A stretch of DNA of 64,000 bases from Octopus sinensis (taxonomy: Eukaryota), in contig NC_042997.1 in NCBI RefSeq assembly GCF_006345805.1, positions 79,484,001 through 79,548,000 on the forward strand. The letters run 5' to 3'. This document shows positions 48,415-62,248 of this stretch, one piece after another. A program made the translations under genes and the position numbers. A model generated the notes under the pieces. It was not told the DNA's origin, made no database searches, and saw only the letters and a list, made by a program, of their open reading frames with translations. Numbering within the stretch: position 1 is the first letter of the stretch; the number at the start of each line of letters is the position of its first letter.

Positions 48415-48560
48415 TATGGTGAGGTGCGTGAGTGCGTGTCTTTGTGTCTGTGACTGTCTGCCACCACCGCTTGACAACCGGTGTTGGAGTGTTCACAACT
48501 CCGTAACTTAGCGGTTCGGCAAAAGACACTGACATAATAAGTACTAAGCTTTAAAAAAAG
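48370..48560 (+). mobile_element. (GT)n plus 3' part of a second SINE family
   Basis: ccaccaccgcttgacaaccggtgttgg...gtaacttagcggttcggcaaaag; related to ~61250-61350. Confidence 0.7.
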
Positions 48561-48892
48561 CAAAATAAGTACTGAGTACTGAGTCTAATGACTGAAACAG
48601 ATAAAAGATAAAGCAATGCTGAAATTAAGGAAATAAGTAATAGAGCAAAAGATATTTTACTTTATATCTTTTTTTTTTCTGTTATAGAACTTTATATACA
48701 GCATTCCACAAACAAGAAATTTTAACGATCAAACAGTCTTCTTTAATTTAACATTTTCATAATTGTAACTCCTGCGCATCCTCATCGTGCTGCAAATTGA
48801 CTTTGATCAGCAAATGCCTTTATATGTGAAGTCTGGAGTCAATATAAACGACTAACAGCCTCCCCATTGTGCTTATGTTAGGAACAATTATT

Positions 48893-49105
48893 TAAGACTG
48901 GTGGATTTGCAGAATCGTTTAATCGAGGAACAAAATGCCTTGCGGAGTTCATTCCGGCTCTTTACGTGTTGAGTTAAAATCCAGTCAAAGTAAACTTTGC
49001 TTTTTATCTCCCCGAAGTCAAAAAAGTAAAGTATCAGCCATGCACTGGATTCGATAATATCGGCTTATACCCTCGCCCCAAATATAACTGACCTTTTGCC
49101 CATTT
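48893..49105 (+). mobile_element. Diverged tRNA-derived SINE
   Basis: ggtggatttgcagaatcgtt...gagttaaaatcc...aactttgc, same family as 46012-46244 in the opposite orientation. Confidence 0.65.
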
Positions 49106-49736
49106 CAGAAACATTTATTATTACTTTTACAGCAAAAGTGTGGCTTTGACATTTCTACTGACTCTACCTCCGACACACGAAGTCGGAGCTATTTACCTTA
49201 TCTTACTACTGTGACCAGTATGGCGGACTTGTGATAGGGGCAAATATAGAGATTTAGACACTTCTGCACTGATTGTTAAATATCACAATGGAATATGTGA
49301 CAGTTAAATATACAGCATTGTCGTCAGACTACAAGATCGTCCTGTGCATGCTGAATTACAAATGCGTCACGAAAAGATTAGATCAGACGAATAAATGCTA
49401 TTATGCAATTGCCTGTTTATATAATGACACTGCAATGTAGCTTGCTTCATTGCTGACATTGTAGTTATTCGAGAGCAAGTATGATAGCCCGGAAAATTAT
49501 CTTTTTCTTATATACAATTTGTCTCAGTAATAATGCAAGTATGCTTTATCCATTGAACACCATGTTTCAGTGCATATTCCTATGTATGTTTCTGGATCAT
49601 TTACTTATATCATTTACTAATTGAACTGTCAAAAAGTTGCATCAAAAGCAGTTTAAGTTCTACATTACTTATAAAATGACAGAATCTGATTTAAATACAT
49701 GAATGGGATTTAAATACCAGTAAAATGCCAGCAATT

Positions 49737-49781
49737 ATACTACTACTACTACTGCTTCTACTGCTGCTGCAGCTGCTGCTT

Positions 49782-49855
<74 letters not shown>

Positions 49856-49878
49856 ACTACTACTACCACCACTACTAC
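49737..49878. repeat. (CTA)n/(CTG)n trinucleotide repeat
   Basis: Directly visible. Confidence 0.95.
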
Positions 49879-51959
49879 TGTATAAAGAGCGTATAAAAAC
49901 AATAAATTTTACTACCTTATTCGTAATTTGGGGAAATCTGTAAAAAAGATAGTAGAATCTACTATTACTTGCTCATGAACAACCTTCAAACTAAAACTAC
50001 TCATTTGCAAAAGTACCCAACATACACCCATCTACCCGCACTGACAGTTCGATTATGGGACAGTTTATTAAATCCTGAAGACTGTAACCAAACTACAACC
50101 AACAGAAACAGGTCGTTTGTTACAGTGATCGAAGTATTCACATCGAAAATAACCATGCCTGGTGGGGAGGATGTTAGTCCGGATAAACTTTAACCACAGT
50201 AGTTACCATTGACCCAATACGAAGTCATGGCTGTATTTTGCGACAATCACTTTAGGAAATATATAAAAAGGGACACTATATTATTCTAGACTTAATGATA
50301 TTTTGCATTATTTTTACAAATCAGCTGTCTGTCTCATCTTCACACTCCCAACTTTGAAAGTTTCCAAAATGTAGACTAGGACTTATTTCATTTACAATAA
50401 CATAACTTTTAGGTGCTTTGATTTGATAATATCATGGCAAAGGTTATCAAACTACCTCAGTTCATTTCTGTGTGTAGTGAGGCAATAATACCCTTGATTT
50501 TACTATTAAACATTTCTCATTCCAACCATAATTGTATTCTCTTGTGTTGTATCAATGAGTATGAAAATTCACTTTACTAGTGTAGTCTCCCTGTTTAACA
50601 CAATATTATGGATGAGATGTATCATGGAGGTTGTTCTCAAGACTGTCTGCACACTTTAATTTGCGCTCTTTTTCGTTTCAGTTACGTTGATAGGGAACAA
50701 CAGATAACGAAAATTAAGAAAACTTTTTAACAGTGCCTATTTTCTCGATATTTAATAAACATTAATTCTGTTAGTGGGTGGAGAATTTTTTATTTTAAAG
50801 ATCTGTATTTAATTCAAGCAGTTTTATTTCGAGTACTAGGCATATATTTGTTGATATGATGCACTAAAATTAAGCCTATAGTTTAAAGTTATATGCCAAT
50901 AGTAACTGTATTTATAGTTTTAAACAGACTGGACATAGATTGAAAAAACATAACAGTATACTTTTTAAAAAAAAGCGCTAGCCCTCACGCTGCTTTCGTT
51001 TACTATTCTTTCTTTTCGTGTCATCTCTGTCACATAAGCAGAGCAAAACCTTTCAAAGATACACTTGGGGAGTAGTTGAACTAAGAGCTTCTAACTAACG
51101 GACCCGTTGTCAAAATTATTGTTACGCTGGTGTTAAAGCGGTGAGTTTTTTTTTTTCCTCAACAGCAATATTTATTTTCAAATAGGTAGCGCAACCTATT
51201 AGAGATGAATTATTCAGTGCCAAGATATAAACTACCGCATTTTCGGAGGGTTATTCGGCCTTATACTCTCAACTGCCAACGATTCTTTTCTATTGTTGTT
51301 ATGCAATGGAAGGCTATAAAATTTTGTTGTTTGTAAAAATTTATTTGCATAATTCTGTTTAATATCGAGAAACACATAAAAATCAAACTCTGAAAGGTAC
51401 TAGGCATGCATTAATATAGGCAAATTAAATATGTAAATATATTCTCTGAGGAATCACAATTTGAATTTATTTGATAATTTTCTTATTCATTAATATATTT
51501 CCCTGTGATTTATTATGAAATATATTTTCTGTGATTATTCAATTAATCAATAACTGCGGGTTACCTTAATGGAAATTTATGAAAGCATACTTTAAAAAAA
51601 TCAATCTACATAATTTTGTTCAATTCGAGGACACATAGTAAACCAAGCTGTTACAGAGTGACTTCACTTTAAGGTTTGATATTACGGCCATTAATGTCAT
51701 TGTTTTCATCGTCAATCTGATAAAAATACACAAGTGTTATGAACGACCTAAAATACTCGGTATCGCTCAGATTAAAGACTCCGGAAAAGAGTATTAATAC
51801 TAAGAATACTAACGTCTAAAAGTAATCTACATAAATTATACTAAAGCTTTTTGATAGAAAATGAGCAAAAGTCTGGACGAAGCAGCTCTGTAGTATTTTT
51901 CCATTTCTTTTTTTTTGGAAAAACAGGTTAGCTGACATGGGAGGACTGGAAGTTATCTG

Positions 51960-53065
51960 AATATTGGGAAAGAGTTAACTGTATCACTTCAAATATCAAA
52001 TTGCCAGCATCATGACTGCTGCTCAGTTTTTTGGTGAACACTATAAAGACTGTAAGACGTGATATGGACAGCATCAACGGAAATTACGAAGCTGTGGCCA
52101 GCAGGGAAGGACACAGCAAGTGTTCTGAGTGCGTTCACGCGCCAGAATTCATCATCCAACTGCAGGACAAAGTGATAGAAGATCTGAGCAAGGGAATCAG
52201 GGCTTTGGCAAGGAAGGTGGGTGTTCGAGTCGTCACTATGAAACTGCCCCTGAATGAGGACCTTCTCTACCACTTGTACAAGAAGTGCAAGGAAAAGATT
52301 ATGACAGCCAAGGAGAATCGCTTGACGAAGGCAAAGAATCGCCTGTAAAAGTTGAGGCATCCCGTTGAGCCGGGGATGATCTGGTTCTTCTCAGGTAAAA
52401 GAACTTCTGTCAGGACCAGTTGCACATCACTCAGTAAAACAGGTAGCATGCCTACAATCTATGTCATGTCCCACGCGTCTTGAAAACCAAGTTCTCCAAA
52501 GTGTGATGGCCTTCGAGTGTGTGTCCAGTGAGGGTGACGTCATGCTGCCCCACATCTTTGAACAGGGGCTTAGGCTCAAATTAGACAGATATGTGTAGCT
52601 GATGGAGACTGTGATCAAATCCTGGCTGGAGCGAGTTGCTGCTAGAGGACCAAATGTGCGACAGCACGATTCGTCTGCTTGCCATCCCTCCACGAAGCAT
52701 CAGAAATGGCTGTCGGAGAAGTTTTGCGACTTCAGCCCCAGTTTTGAGCCTACATATTGTCCCGATTGTAATCCCATGGATTACTATGAATGGGGTGCAG
52801 TTGATGAAGATACCAACTGTTCTGCGTGCAACATGAAGGCCAAGATCAAGGTGTTCGAAGTTCTTCCCGAGGAATGCATGTACCAGGTTCTGGAGACCTA
52901 TTGCGGCCGTGGTGGAAACTGAGAGTAGTTACTTTGAGCAAACTATTATCTCCCGGTCATATTCTAGATGTATTTTTGATTTTTTTTAGATACTTTATTT
53001 TTGGATGGAACATTGTATTCTCTTTTCCTCTTGTACAAACTGTAAAATTTAGCCCGAACACCCTG
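51960..53065 (+). mobile_element. maT/Bmmar1-like (DD37D group) transposon relic
   Basis: IWFFS, SSEGDVMLPHIFEQGLR, QHDSSACH...PDCNPMDYY (36 residues between the two Asp here); right TIR ...gaacaccctg. Confidence 0.8.
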
Positions 53066-53194
53066 ATATATATATAATATATATCCCGTATCTTCCATCC
53101 TCTATCTCTCATTAACCAGATACATAACGAACACTGTGAAAGTGACCGTGCTTTATCAGTAAGTTATCAGGTATAAACCATTCGTTTTATTATC

Positions 53195-53269
53195 CAATAT
53201 CTAATAATAATAACAACAACAACAACAACAACAACAACAATAATAATAATAATAATAATAATATATATA

Positions 53270-53335
<66 letters not shown>
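53195..53335. repeat. (AAC/AAT)n then (TA)n microsatellite
   Basis: Directly visible. Confidence 0.95.
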
Positions 53336-53339
<4 letters not shown>

Positions 53340-55870
53340 ACACACATGCATATACATATAAACTAGCATTTATCTTTTTTTTATAAGCGTCGAAATGTGT
53401 ATTGTACGATACAAATAAGATATTTTTCGAACGCAGAACTGTCGTTAGAACAGCAGAAATACTGGGTAAATTACCCTTAAAGAGTGGAAAAAATTGTCAT
53501 TTATGTTGTTGTTGCTATGGCTAATTCGCTTTAGATCAGCCTCGGTCGAGTAGGTCTATCGCATAATTCCATCATTCTTTCAGATACTGTGTATTTAGGA
53601 CTACATTATCTTATACATGCATGCCTTTTTATAGTGGTGCGTAATATGAGGGCGATTTGGCTATTATTTATAGCTGGTCGAGCTTCTACGCAGAGGCTCC
53701 CCTCATTGACTGTGTATATGTATGTGCGTATGTATACCTGATTGTTGTCAATGATTAACATGTCCATGCATTACAGTATTATTTATTGTGTGTGTGTCTG
53801 TTTGAGAGAGAGAGTGTGTGTGTGTGTAACAGTATCTGTTTATACGTATATCATAAACTGAAAACCGTTAGCTGTGAAAGGAAATTATAAAAGTATAAAT
53901 ACATTCCTTGTATGCATTCGATGTACGATCATCAGAAGAGGCATATTCCATTTCTTTCCCCGATTGATAGCATTGTGTGTGTGTATGTGTGTGTTTGGGG
54001 GTGAATAGTGGGTCAGTAGCTACGTAGGGACTACTGTTCATTTTCCACAGTAACTCCGTTTCAAATTGTTAAATTTGTATTTTTCATCTGGTTTAAAACC
54101 TCTATGCCATTCTTTCTTGAAGCGGCGTGTATTTCGTTCAAACACTCACCTACCTCCCTCTAATTTCATGCTTTAGAGCTGAACTGTCAATTCTTATTTT
54201 CTAAGTATTAAGGTAATAAATATTTCAGAGAATCATTTTTATGCTATACACATTTTTCTGAACGCCTAAGTAATGATTCATCCGCAAAAATGTAATTAGA
54301 TTTGCAATACATTTCTAAAAGCACTTAAATAACAACGATTACTGTATAATACCTCTACGATATCATTTAGAAAAACGGTATAACAAGGCATTTTAAATTC
54401 TGTTGTAACAGCACTTAACTAAATGTCTGTATTTCTAACTTGAAGACCCACGCATTTAAATTTGGACGATTTTTCCGACAGTCTTTCTGTTCTCTTTGCT
54501 CACCTTCCTTACTATGGTAACATGTTGAATCGTTAGAGAACATTCATGTGTTTAACCCATTAAAAATAGAGGGCCAGTGTAAAATTAATTTACATAAAAC
54601 AATTCAATACTCTATTTTCTACCCCATATAGAATATAAGGTAAGCCTCCAGCAGGTCCAGGGCCAAGCTTCAACTCTTGGTTGTATCTCTTTTCATTTCC
54701 TCTCTTTATAATGGATATGAATATCACATCTGCTATTTCTGAATGCTAAAACATTTCAGGAGTCATTCCTACTTGGAGATAACAACTTGAAACCGTCTAG
54801 TAAGCTTTAATAGTCAATTTCATTGTCTAACTGCAAGTTACGTGTAGAATCGAATAAACTATTAAAAAGAGAAGAAATTCATAATTAAGATATCAGATTC
54901 AGTTCCTCGTATCTGATTATCATCACATCAAGGTTATTGTCTGATTAAGAATTCTGTCCATTCAGATCCATTTTTTAATCCCCATTTTTGAAGTTATATG
55001 GCGTTATTGATAATATTTACCACCAAAACATGGCGTTTTTCGGATTATAAAAATCATTTCACGATTAAAGTGGATTCTCAGTTTCTAGACAAACATTGAC
55101 CGTTAAATAGATATTTTTTATAGATTAGTGCCAATATCATTGAATAATTTATGGTAGAGTGAATGTAATGGACCAACCTAAAGCTTTGCCATATCAAGTT
55201 ATGTATTTGTACGTTGTGAGTTAAAACTCAGCTTGATTTGATACTATTGAGTTCAAATCAAATCGAGGTTAACTTTGCATTTCATTCCTTTGGGGGTCGG
55301 TAAAATAAAGTAACAGTCGAGTACAAAGGTTGATTTAATCAGCTACTCCACTGCAATTTTTGTCTACGTTAGAAATTGGGTGGTTGTTTGTCAGAACTGT
55401 TAAAGCATCGGAGAAAACATATGTGGTATTTGTTTTAACTTTTATATATACTTCATTTAAGATATGTAGTTCATGATTAGATTATGCTTTCTTGAGGAAG
55501 TCTAATAAAGCCAGAACATGTTTGATATTATCATCATGCTGCTCAAGATCATCAGATTTCCTTCACACCGCATTAATATTTAATATTTCGATTAATTTAA
55601 ATGTTGAGGTTATCTCTGTTATATTTTTTCAGAATTATCTTTAGTAAAATTTTAAATAATTAAAATCTCATAGTCTATTTCATCAAGTATTCTAGCAACG
55701 ACTTTATCACACTGCGTAGGGCTGACTTCGCCTTTCATTATGTGGATCAGTAAAATAGATATCAGTAGAATGGATTATCATAAAAAACGTTAATATTGTT
55801 TCCTCTGTATTCCAAAGAAGACCCCCTCCCCACCAAACGTAGGGTACTTCAATTAATCATAAACCCACTT

Positions 55871-56294
55871 GATAGTATGTTATCAACTTAATGTGACAGT
55901 CTCATGAAAGGGAAGAATGCTACTGTTATTTAGCCCTAGGAAACACCGTTTCTTGTTGGACTTGACACATTTCCTGTGTCCTTATGTTTTCAAAGTGGAG
56001 ATAAGCACCTCCACCCAGCAAAGCCAGTACCCAGAGACTAGTTTCAGAGTCATTGCTCATCATCAGTCTGGAGTAGCATGGCCTGCTAGCTGTCGATGCC
56101 TATCCGCTTTTGAAAATATACATATTTCAAGTGAAGTACATTCACTGATTTTTTAAAACAGAAATAATACTTTGAAAACGTAAGGACACAGGAAATGTTT
56201 CAAGTCCAACAGGAAACAGTGTTTCCTAGGGCTAAATAACAGTAGCCTTCTTCCCTTTCATGGGACTATCACATTAAGTTGACAACATACTGTC
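55871..56294. mobile_element. 424-bp element with 126-bp terminal inverted repeats
   Basis: 55871-55996 is the inverted repeat of 56169-56294; ACTT on both flanks (possible 4-bp TSD). Confidence 0.88.
56031..56071 (-). ncRNA. Minimal type-I hammerhead ribozyme motif inside the inverted-repeat element
   Basis: Minus strand CCAGA-CTGATGA-T-GAG-caatga-CTC-T-GAAA-C-TA-GTC-TCTGG: perfect 5-bp stem I, palindromic ACTAGT stem III, GUC triplet; U.U mismatch at the base of stem II. Confidence 0.75.
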
Positions 56295-56649
56295 ACTTTA
56301 TCATGCTGCTACTGCATAAATCACGCTGAGAGATTTAGAAATGTATTATTTCTATTTTTATAAACCCACTTATTTGAAAACATTTAATTAGAAGGACCAA
56401 ATGCTGTAAATTCTACTTTTCATTTCTATCTACAAATTCACTTAATGCAAGCAACTCAACTAACATACATATTGCAATACAAATGAACGAAACTTGATTT
56501 TCATGAGGGATTTCATGAACTATGGTATTGATGACGATATAAATGAATATAAGTATTTTTCATTCCATTAGATGTGATGCATTTATCATAAAGCATTAGA
56601 GAAACTTTAAAATAATTTTGTAATGTCCGGGAGAAAAGGTCAAATAATC

Positions 56650-56657
<8 letters not shown>

Positions 56658-56717
<60 letters not shown>

Positions 56718-56780
56718 TGTGTGTGTGTGTGTATATGCATATATAAATATATACATACATATATATATATATACACACAC
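56658..56780. repeat. (TG)n/(TA)n microsatellite
   Basis: Directly visible. Confidence 0.95.
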
Positions 56781-57377
56781 ATTGTGTAGATATTCCAATG
56801 AATTAACTGTACATGCTGTACATGTTACGCATGTATCTAACCATTAAACAAATCAGTCAATAGCAAATTATACTTACTCTATCGGTCAGAAAGGGGACAG
56901 TTAAAATCTACACGTTAGTTTTTGACACCTTTTTCTGAAACCCAAACAGTTTACACTGTCTATCAAGTGATCTGGTAGACACTTGCTGATTTATGTAAAT
57001 ACATTTTATCTGAAACTCGTTATACAATATGAGGTGCGCGATTCCAGTATTTCAAATCTTTGTCTATGCAGTATCCACATAAGCCTTTGTGCATCCATCA
57101 TGTATATACGCAGGATCAATTTCATTATAAAATTTTGTCACCGTAACCCACAAATCAAGAATAACTGAAAAAACTGAAAAATACCTTTTATTTCCTTGTT
57201 AGTAACAAACGGTAACTAAACACTGCTTTATATACTTCGTCTTTTTGGATAGGAAAAAATGGAATCAACCAGACCAGCTTGAATATTTAGTTGTGAATTC
57301 ATTTGCAAACGAACACCATCTTCAAATGTCCATGGGAAGGAACTACTGCTTATAAACCCATTATTGTTAAACGCTTG

Positions 57378-59290
57378 ATTTCTTTTATTGGCCACACAGG
57401 GTCCAACACGGAGGAGACATTACAAGGACAGACAAGCGAATATGCACAGTGTGATTACAATGAAAATGACAAATATAATGAAATCGGATGGGTATTTAAA
57501 AATTTTACAGAAATCGTTAAAAATTAAAAATTCCTATTTTGTATATACATCACCGGGTTAAGCCACCGCTGTTATCCGACGTATCCTTTTGTCGCTGAAT
57601 GGCTACTCTTAGCCATTTCCATTCACTCGCAACTTTCTTACGACTGTCGTCCATCTTTTATTAAACGTACTATGCAACAGGTATCTCATCTCTAGCCGGA
57701 TACTTTGGAGGTGGTTGTTGAAATAACTAACCAGCCCCTCCGGCCAGAGATGAGGGTACCTGTCGCGAACCCTTTCACACGTGTTCTCAATACCGTCTCT
57801 TTCAGTATGGCCACTACGCAGAGAAAAGAAGCCCTCCTCTCTCTGTTCAGGGAGGAGGGTAGAACAATCTTAAATAATAGATTCAGCTGATAGCTGTACT
57901 CTTTCTGTCGTTGATAACAGCTGTTCGATATAGGTTGTCAATTCCCTAATTTTCGCACACTGAACGAAGGCATGCAGGACAGTTTCACTGTCCCACCCGT
58001 ACCTCAAACAGGTCGGTGGGATGGCACAACTGTGCCTTGACAACCTCTCTCGAACAGGTAAGGCTGATTGGTAACACAACTAGGTCAGGGATTTCTGGTA
58101 ATCATCCAGATACCCCGACCCGAACGTTTTTTCGATCTGGTTGGTTAACTGATTTCTATCGAAGCCCAGAGTCTCCTCCAGGGCATTCTCTGACATGAAC
58201 TTACCCTCTATAGAAGTCCGCGGTGGAACTCCAGCTGCCGCGGTATTGCCCGCCCGGGAAAGTAGCGTGAGTGCCTGTCAGCACTCTAGCTGTCAATCAC
58301 CCAGTCTGGGTCTCCGCTTGATCCAAGGACTTAACTCCCGGAGGGAGGTCAGTTGCGGTAAGAAAAACTTCACGAGCGGTGACCACACTTGCTCACTATC
58401 CAGGTTGAGCTAGATGTACCTAAGCCTTAGCGCAAACTTGTGCATCTTCAACCATGGCATCCCTAGCCCACCCTTTAACGGTTTTTGGCAGCAGATATAG
58501 AGGGCCGTACAAGTCGTGTCCCTCTCCACAAAAAGCGGAAGAGGAAACGCTCCAACTTGCTCAGGCCCAAATCGGAGCAAGGCACGATGGTCAGGCGGTA
58601 GGTGATAACGTCCTTCCAAACCAAATCTGGGTGAGGACAGTCACCTTACTTGTGACCTCACTCCAATTCTTCTCTACCTGGAGTTCCGGACCAAACCAGA
58701 CCTCTAGCATCTTAAGCGGACCTTCCGTCAAACGTCCCACGGCGTTATTGGACGGCATCGACTTACCCCCTCCAGGTGTCGAGTTGCAAGCCGACTAACT
58801 TATCCTGGTTAATTTTTGCTACTGCCACTGTTTCGTATCTTCTGATGGCGTTTTCTAGACAAAGTAGCTGCCGGTCATCCGACACGATGATGGTGATGGT
58901 GGTGTCATCCAAATGCGCGGTCGCAGTTCTTCCACAGCTTAGATCACGCGAAATGCCCCCTAAAGTCTCCAACATTCGCAGCAATGGCTCAAGAGCCAAC
59001 ACATACAAAAGCGGAGACAGGGGACATCCCTGGCGAAGAGAGCGCTTAATGTCGAACGGTTTCGAAAAGAAACCGCCCACTCGGACGATAGACTCGATGT
59101 TGCACTACAGAGCAGCGATCTAGCCGCGGAATGTTGGGCCCAGCCCGCCCACCCGAGAACCGCCGCCAGGTACCGATGTCAGCCCTATCGAATGCTTTAG
59201 ACTGGTCTAAATGTACCAGTGCCCCACTGGTAAGTTTTCTTCCTATTAACTGAGCCAACACAATCCTGGTGTGCATTCAGGATAGCGTGT
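57378..59290 (-). mobile_element. L1/Tx1-clade LINE 3' part (degenerate ORF2 plus 3' UTR)
   Basis: GALVHLDQSKAFDR, RQGCPLSPLLYVLALEPL, AHLDD, AKINQDK, C-terminal ETVLHAFVQC knuckle; A-rich end aataaaagaaa. Confidence 0.9.
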
Positions 59291-59345
59291 AAAATCTCAT
59301 AACATCACTAATGTATTCGATGTCACACTATTACTAAACGCTTAC

Positions 59346-59428
59346 GTAAATCGGAGAGTCTCATTTGCATTTGTAATAGTTTCCCCTCTCAAAGAAGGAA
59401 AATGGATGACCTGATCAATATATTTTAG
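59346..59428 (-). other. Candidate 83-bp host exon (unverified)
   Basis: Strong acceptor ttcttttcctttag| and donor |gtaagc; only phase 0 is open (LKYIDQVIHFPSLRGETITNANETLRF). Confidence 0.25.
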
Positions 59429-61079
59429 CTAAAGGAAAAGAATGTTGCCCACTGGTTAAAAGAAATTAAAACATTAAACCTTCTGAATTATCATTTAAAA
59501 AAAATATATAACAGAAGTTACATGGAAGACACTGAAACTGTGAAACTGAAAAGTTTTTGATATTCGGAAAATTCAGAACATATAAATATATTCTTAATTA
59601 TAGTTAAACATAGAAATAAATGAAAAAGAATTATGAAGAAATATTCAGAAGAAATTAAATATAAATTAAGTATCGATTAAACTACCAATATATTCTTAAT
59701 GCGTTTTTAAGGTATGTGTGCACGTAAACGTATTTGCATAAAATGAAGGAGTTTTGACGTGGCATTATTGAACAATGAATTTATCAAAAATACATTTGTA
59801 ATTTGTTGAAAATTTAGAACTAATCCATTTTAAGTGTAAAATGCCTTTACAGAATATCAACTTAAATAAATATTTCAAAGTGTCATAGCGAAACACTAAA
59901 TCTGTTGTGAACTTCATGCAGGTATAGCATGGATTCGATCCTCGATAGCCAAATTTCACTCAACAGTTCAACAGCACTTTTCTCACGGTAAAACATTAGC
60001 TTTTCTGTGAATGACAGCAGTTACATTTGCCAGATGCATTCACTAAGCAGAATAATGTCTTTGCCACTTGGCCCTTCTAACTTCTTCTGTTTCACCAATA
60101 GCTAGAATAAAGATATCGCAGATCTCCAACGAAATCTATTGTTCCCAACAATATGTCTCTCATTCTAGCTGGTTTTGGATAGCAATAAAAACAAGCACTC
60201 CGCAAGCCTCTCATCACCCTCATAATTTAACAGCCACTTTACATGCTCGCATGGGTTGGACGGTTTGACATGAAGGTTGCTGTCCAGACTCCAACTGTCT
60301 ATTGTAGCATGGTGTCTACGGCTTCCACTTCCTAATGCCAACCACTTAACAACCTAATGCTCTTCCTAACGCCAACCACTTAGAGTGTGATGGGTGTTTC
60401 TTATGAGCCATCGATACGGGTATATTTACGCAGCACCAGCACAGGTGTATCAATGCAGCACTGGCACAGGTGCTTTATCAGTGAGTGTGAACGGACAATT
60501 AGAATCATGGCCACAAGCAGGCAGCCACTAGAGACCAAACGGCCAGAGGGAGAAAGTTACAATCAGTGACTACGCGAGTCAATTTCTCCCGATTCTCACT
60601 TTCACTAACTCATTTTCTTTTCTCTGTAATATTACCACATCTCTCTCTATAAACTATTATGAGATCGTATATGCACATACAGGCCGAAATTAACTCTTTT
60701 TTCCTCACATGCTTTTCCATTTACTAACTATACATACTAACTCGTCATGGTTTTGGAAATATACAAAGTAATGGCAAATATATATCTCTTTACAACTTCA
60801 ATCGCTCTTCATCTTTCATCTTGCATACTGGCAACCAACACCTTAACAACAACAACCGTTACAATTGGTGACGACTCCGACGTTCCATCCTATTGTTTAT
60901 CAATTATTGTTTAACCGCTATAAATCTATCAGCAATTTATTTTTACACGTGGATTATTTTTTTAAAAAACATTTCAAAGTGTCATTGCCAAACAATATAT
61001 CAGTCGTTTGAGATATATTCATTCAATGTTATGATGAATAGATCGCCAACCGGGAGGTTTTCTCCTACTTTATGTAACA

Positions 61080-61390
61080 GTGGCTGTGTAGTTTAAGAGG
61101 TTTGCTAGGCGCAGGGATGACGTTGTGTTTAAGAAGTTCGGGTTTTCAAGCACGTGATTTCGGGTTCAGTACTATAGCACTGCACTTTGGGAAAATGCAT
61201 TCTACTATAGCCCCTCTATGAGGGAATTGGGTAAAAGAAAACCTTGTGTGTGTGTGCGCGCCAGTGTATGCATCTTTGAAGTTGTTCTACTCACCGTTTG
61301 ACAGCCAATGTTTGTTTACGTTACTGGTTTGACGAAAAGCGACCGATAAAATCATTTACTTACGTTAATGACTCCCTTAAGAAAGGCACT
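61080..61390 (+). mobile_element. Diverged tRNA-derived SINE (second family)
   Basis: ggctgtgtagtttaagag head, cgggttcagt B-box-like, cactttgggaaaatgcattctactatagcc core, (TG)n. Confidence 0.65.
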
Positions 61391-61899
61391 TAAAATGGAA
61401 ATTCTCTATTTTCTTTTCCTCCCCCTTTTAAATTTAGTGTCGTTGTGCTCACTCAAAACTACGACAAAGTAATTTTTTTAATTCATCATTACAAAAAGTC
61501 GATCAGATAGAAAACTGCATTCCTTGAGCCATCAATTTCTGATAGTATAAAAGATGCGGCATCTTGATATACAAGGTACCTTGGATACTTTATACACCCA
61601 ATTAGTCATATACTATCCCCAGGAAAGAGCACAAGCCAATTTCTACCTAAGAGAAAGAAAGTAGTTAAGGAAAAGGCCGTTCCCAATACTAGATTAGTTC
61701 TTTACTGACTCAGGAAGATTGAAAAGCAAAGTTTACATTAAATAGAGCATTCTTCCGCAAGCTGCACTGATTAAATGTGACTTTCTTGCATTAATAAAGG
61801 TTGCGAACGCTTAAGTTCATGAATAATATTTGCTTTATAGTCATTTATCTCCTCTAATTATTTGTTTCGCCATTATTTTTCCGCAAACGTCAACTATGA

Positions 61900-61910
61900 G
61901 AGAAAGGGAA

Positions 61911-61972
<62 letters not shown>
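61900..61972. repeat. (GA)n microsatellite
   Basis: Directly visible. Confidence 0.95.
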
Positions 61973-61974
<2 letters not shown>

Positions 61975-62248
61975 AATAAAAGAGATTAAAATTCGTGCTG
62001 TATCCTCAGGAAGTACTTCTGCAAATACTTGTTATCAAATGTCTATCTGTAAATGGTTTATCTTCAAGAAGTAAACTATGCAGAGAATCTGAAATTCTGC
62101 GTCAAGTATAATGGTTGCTGAGTATATCAAAAACTGGAATTCATGGTGTTATCTTTAATTCTGTAATTGCAATTATTTCAATAGAACGTGAGAAATCCAT
62201 TTTATGAGCATAAATATCCCCGTTAATATCAATATAATAAATTCATAA

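Noticed and set aside
50070-50122. Hammerhead-like CTGAAGA...GAAACAGGTC
   Set aside because: Stems I and III each have mismatches and stem II is only 3 weak pairs; compatible with chance
51045-51140. Plus-strand exon ending at the GTGAGT donor at 51141
   Set aside because: Stops in all three frames; could only be non-coding and cannot be supported
54632-54639. 8-nt microexon (ccccatatag|aatataag|gtaagc)
   Set aside because: Not frame-preserving, no supporting context; such signals arise by chance
56360-56371. 12-bp repeat ataaacccactt (also at 55859-55870) as the TSD of a larger element
   Set aside because: The inverted repeats define ends at 55871/56294; the extra copy lies 65 bp outside and may be coincidental
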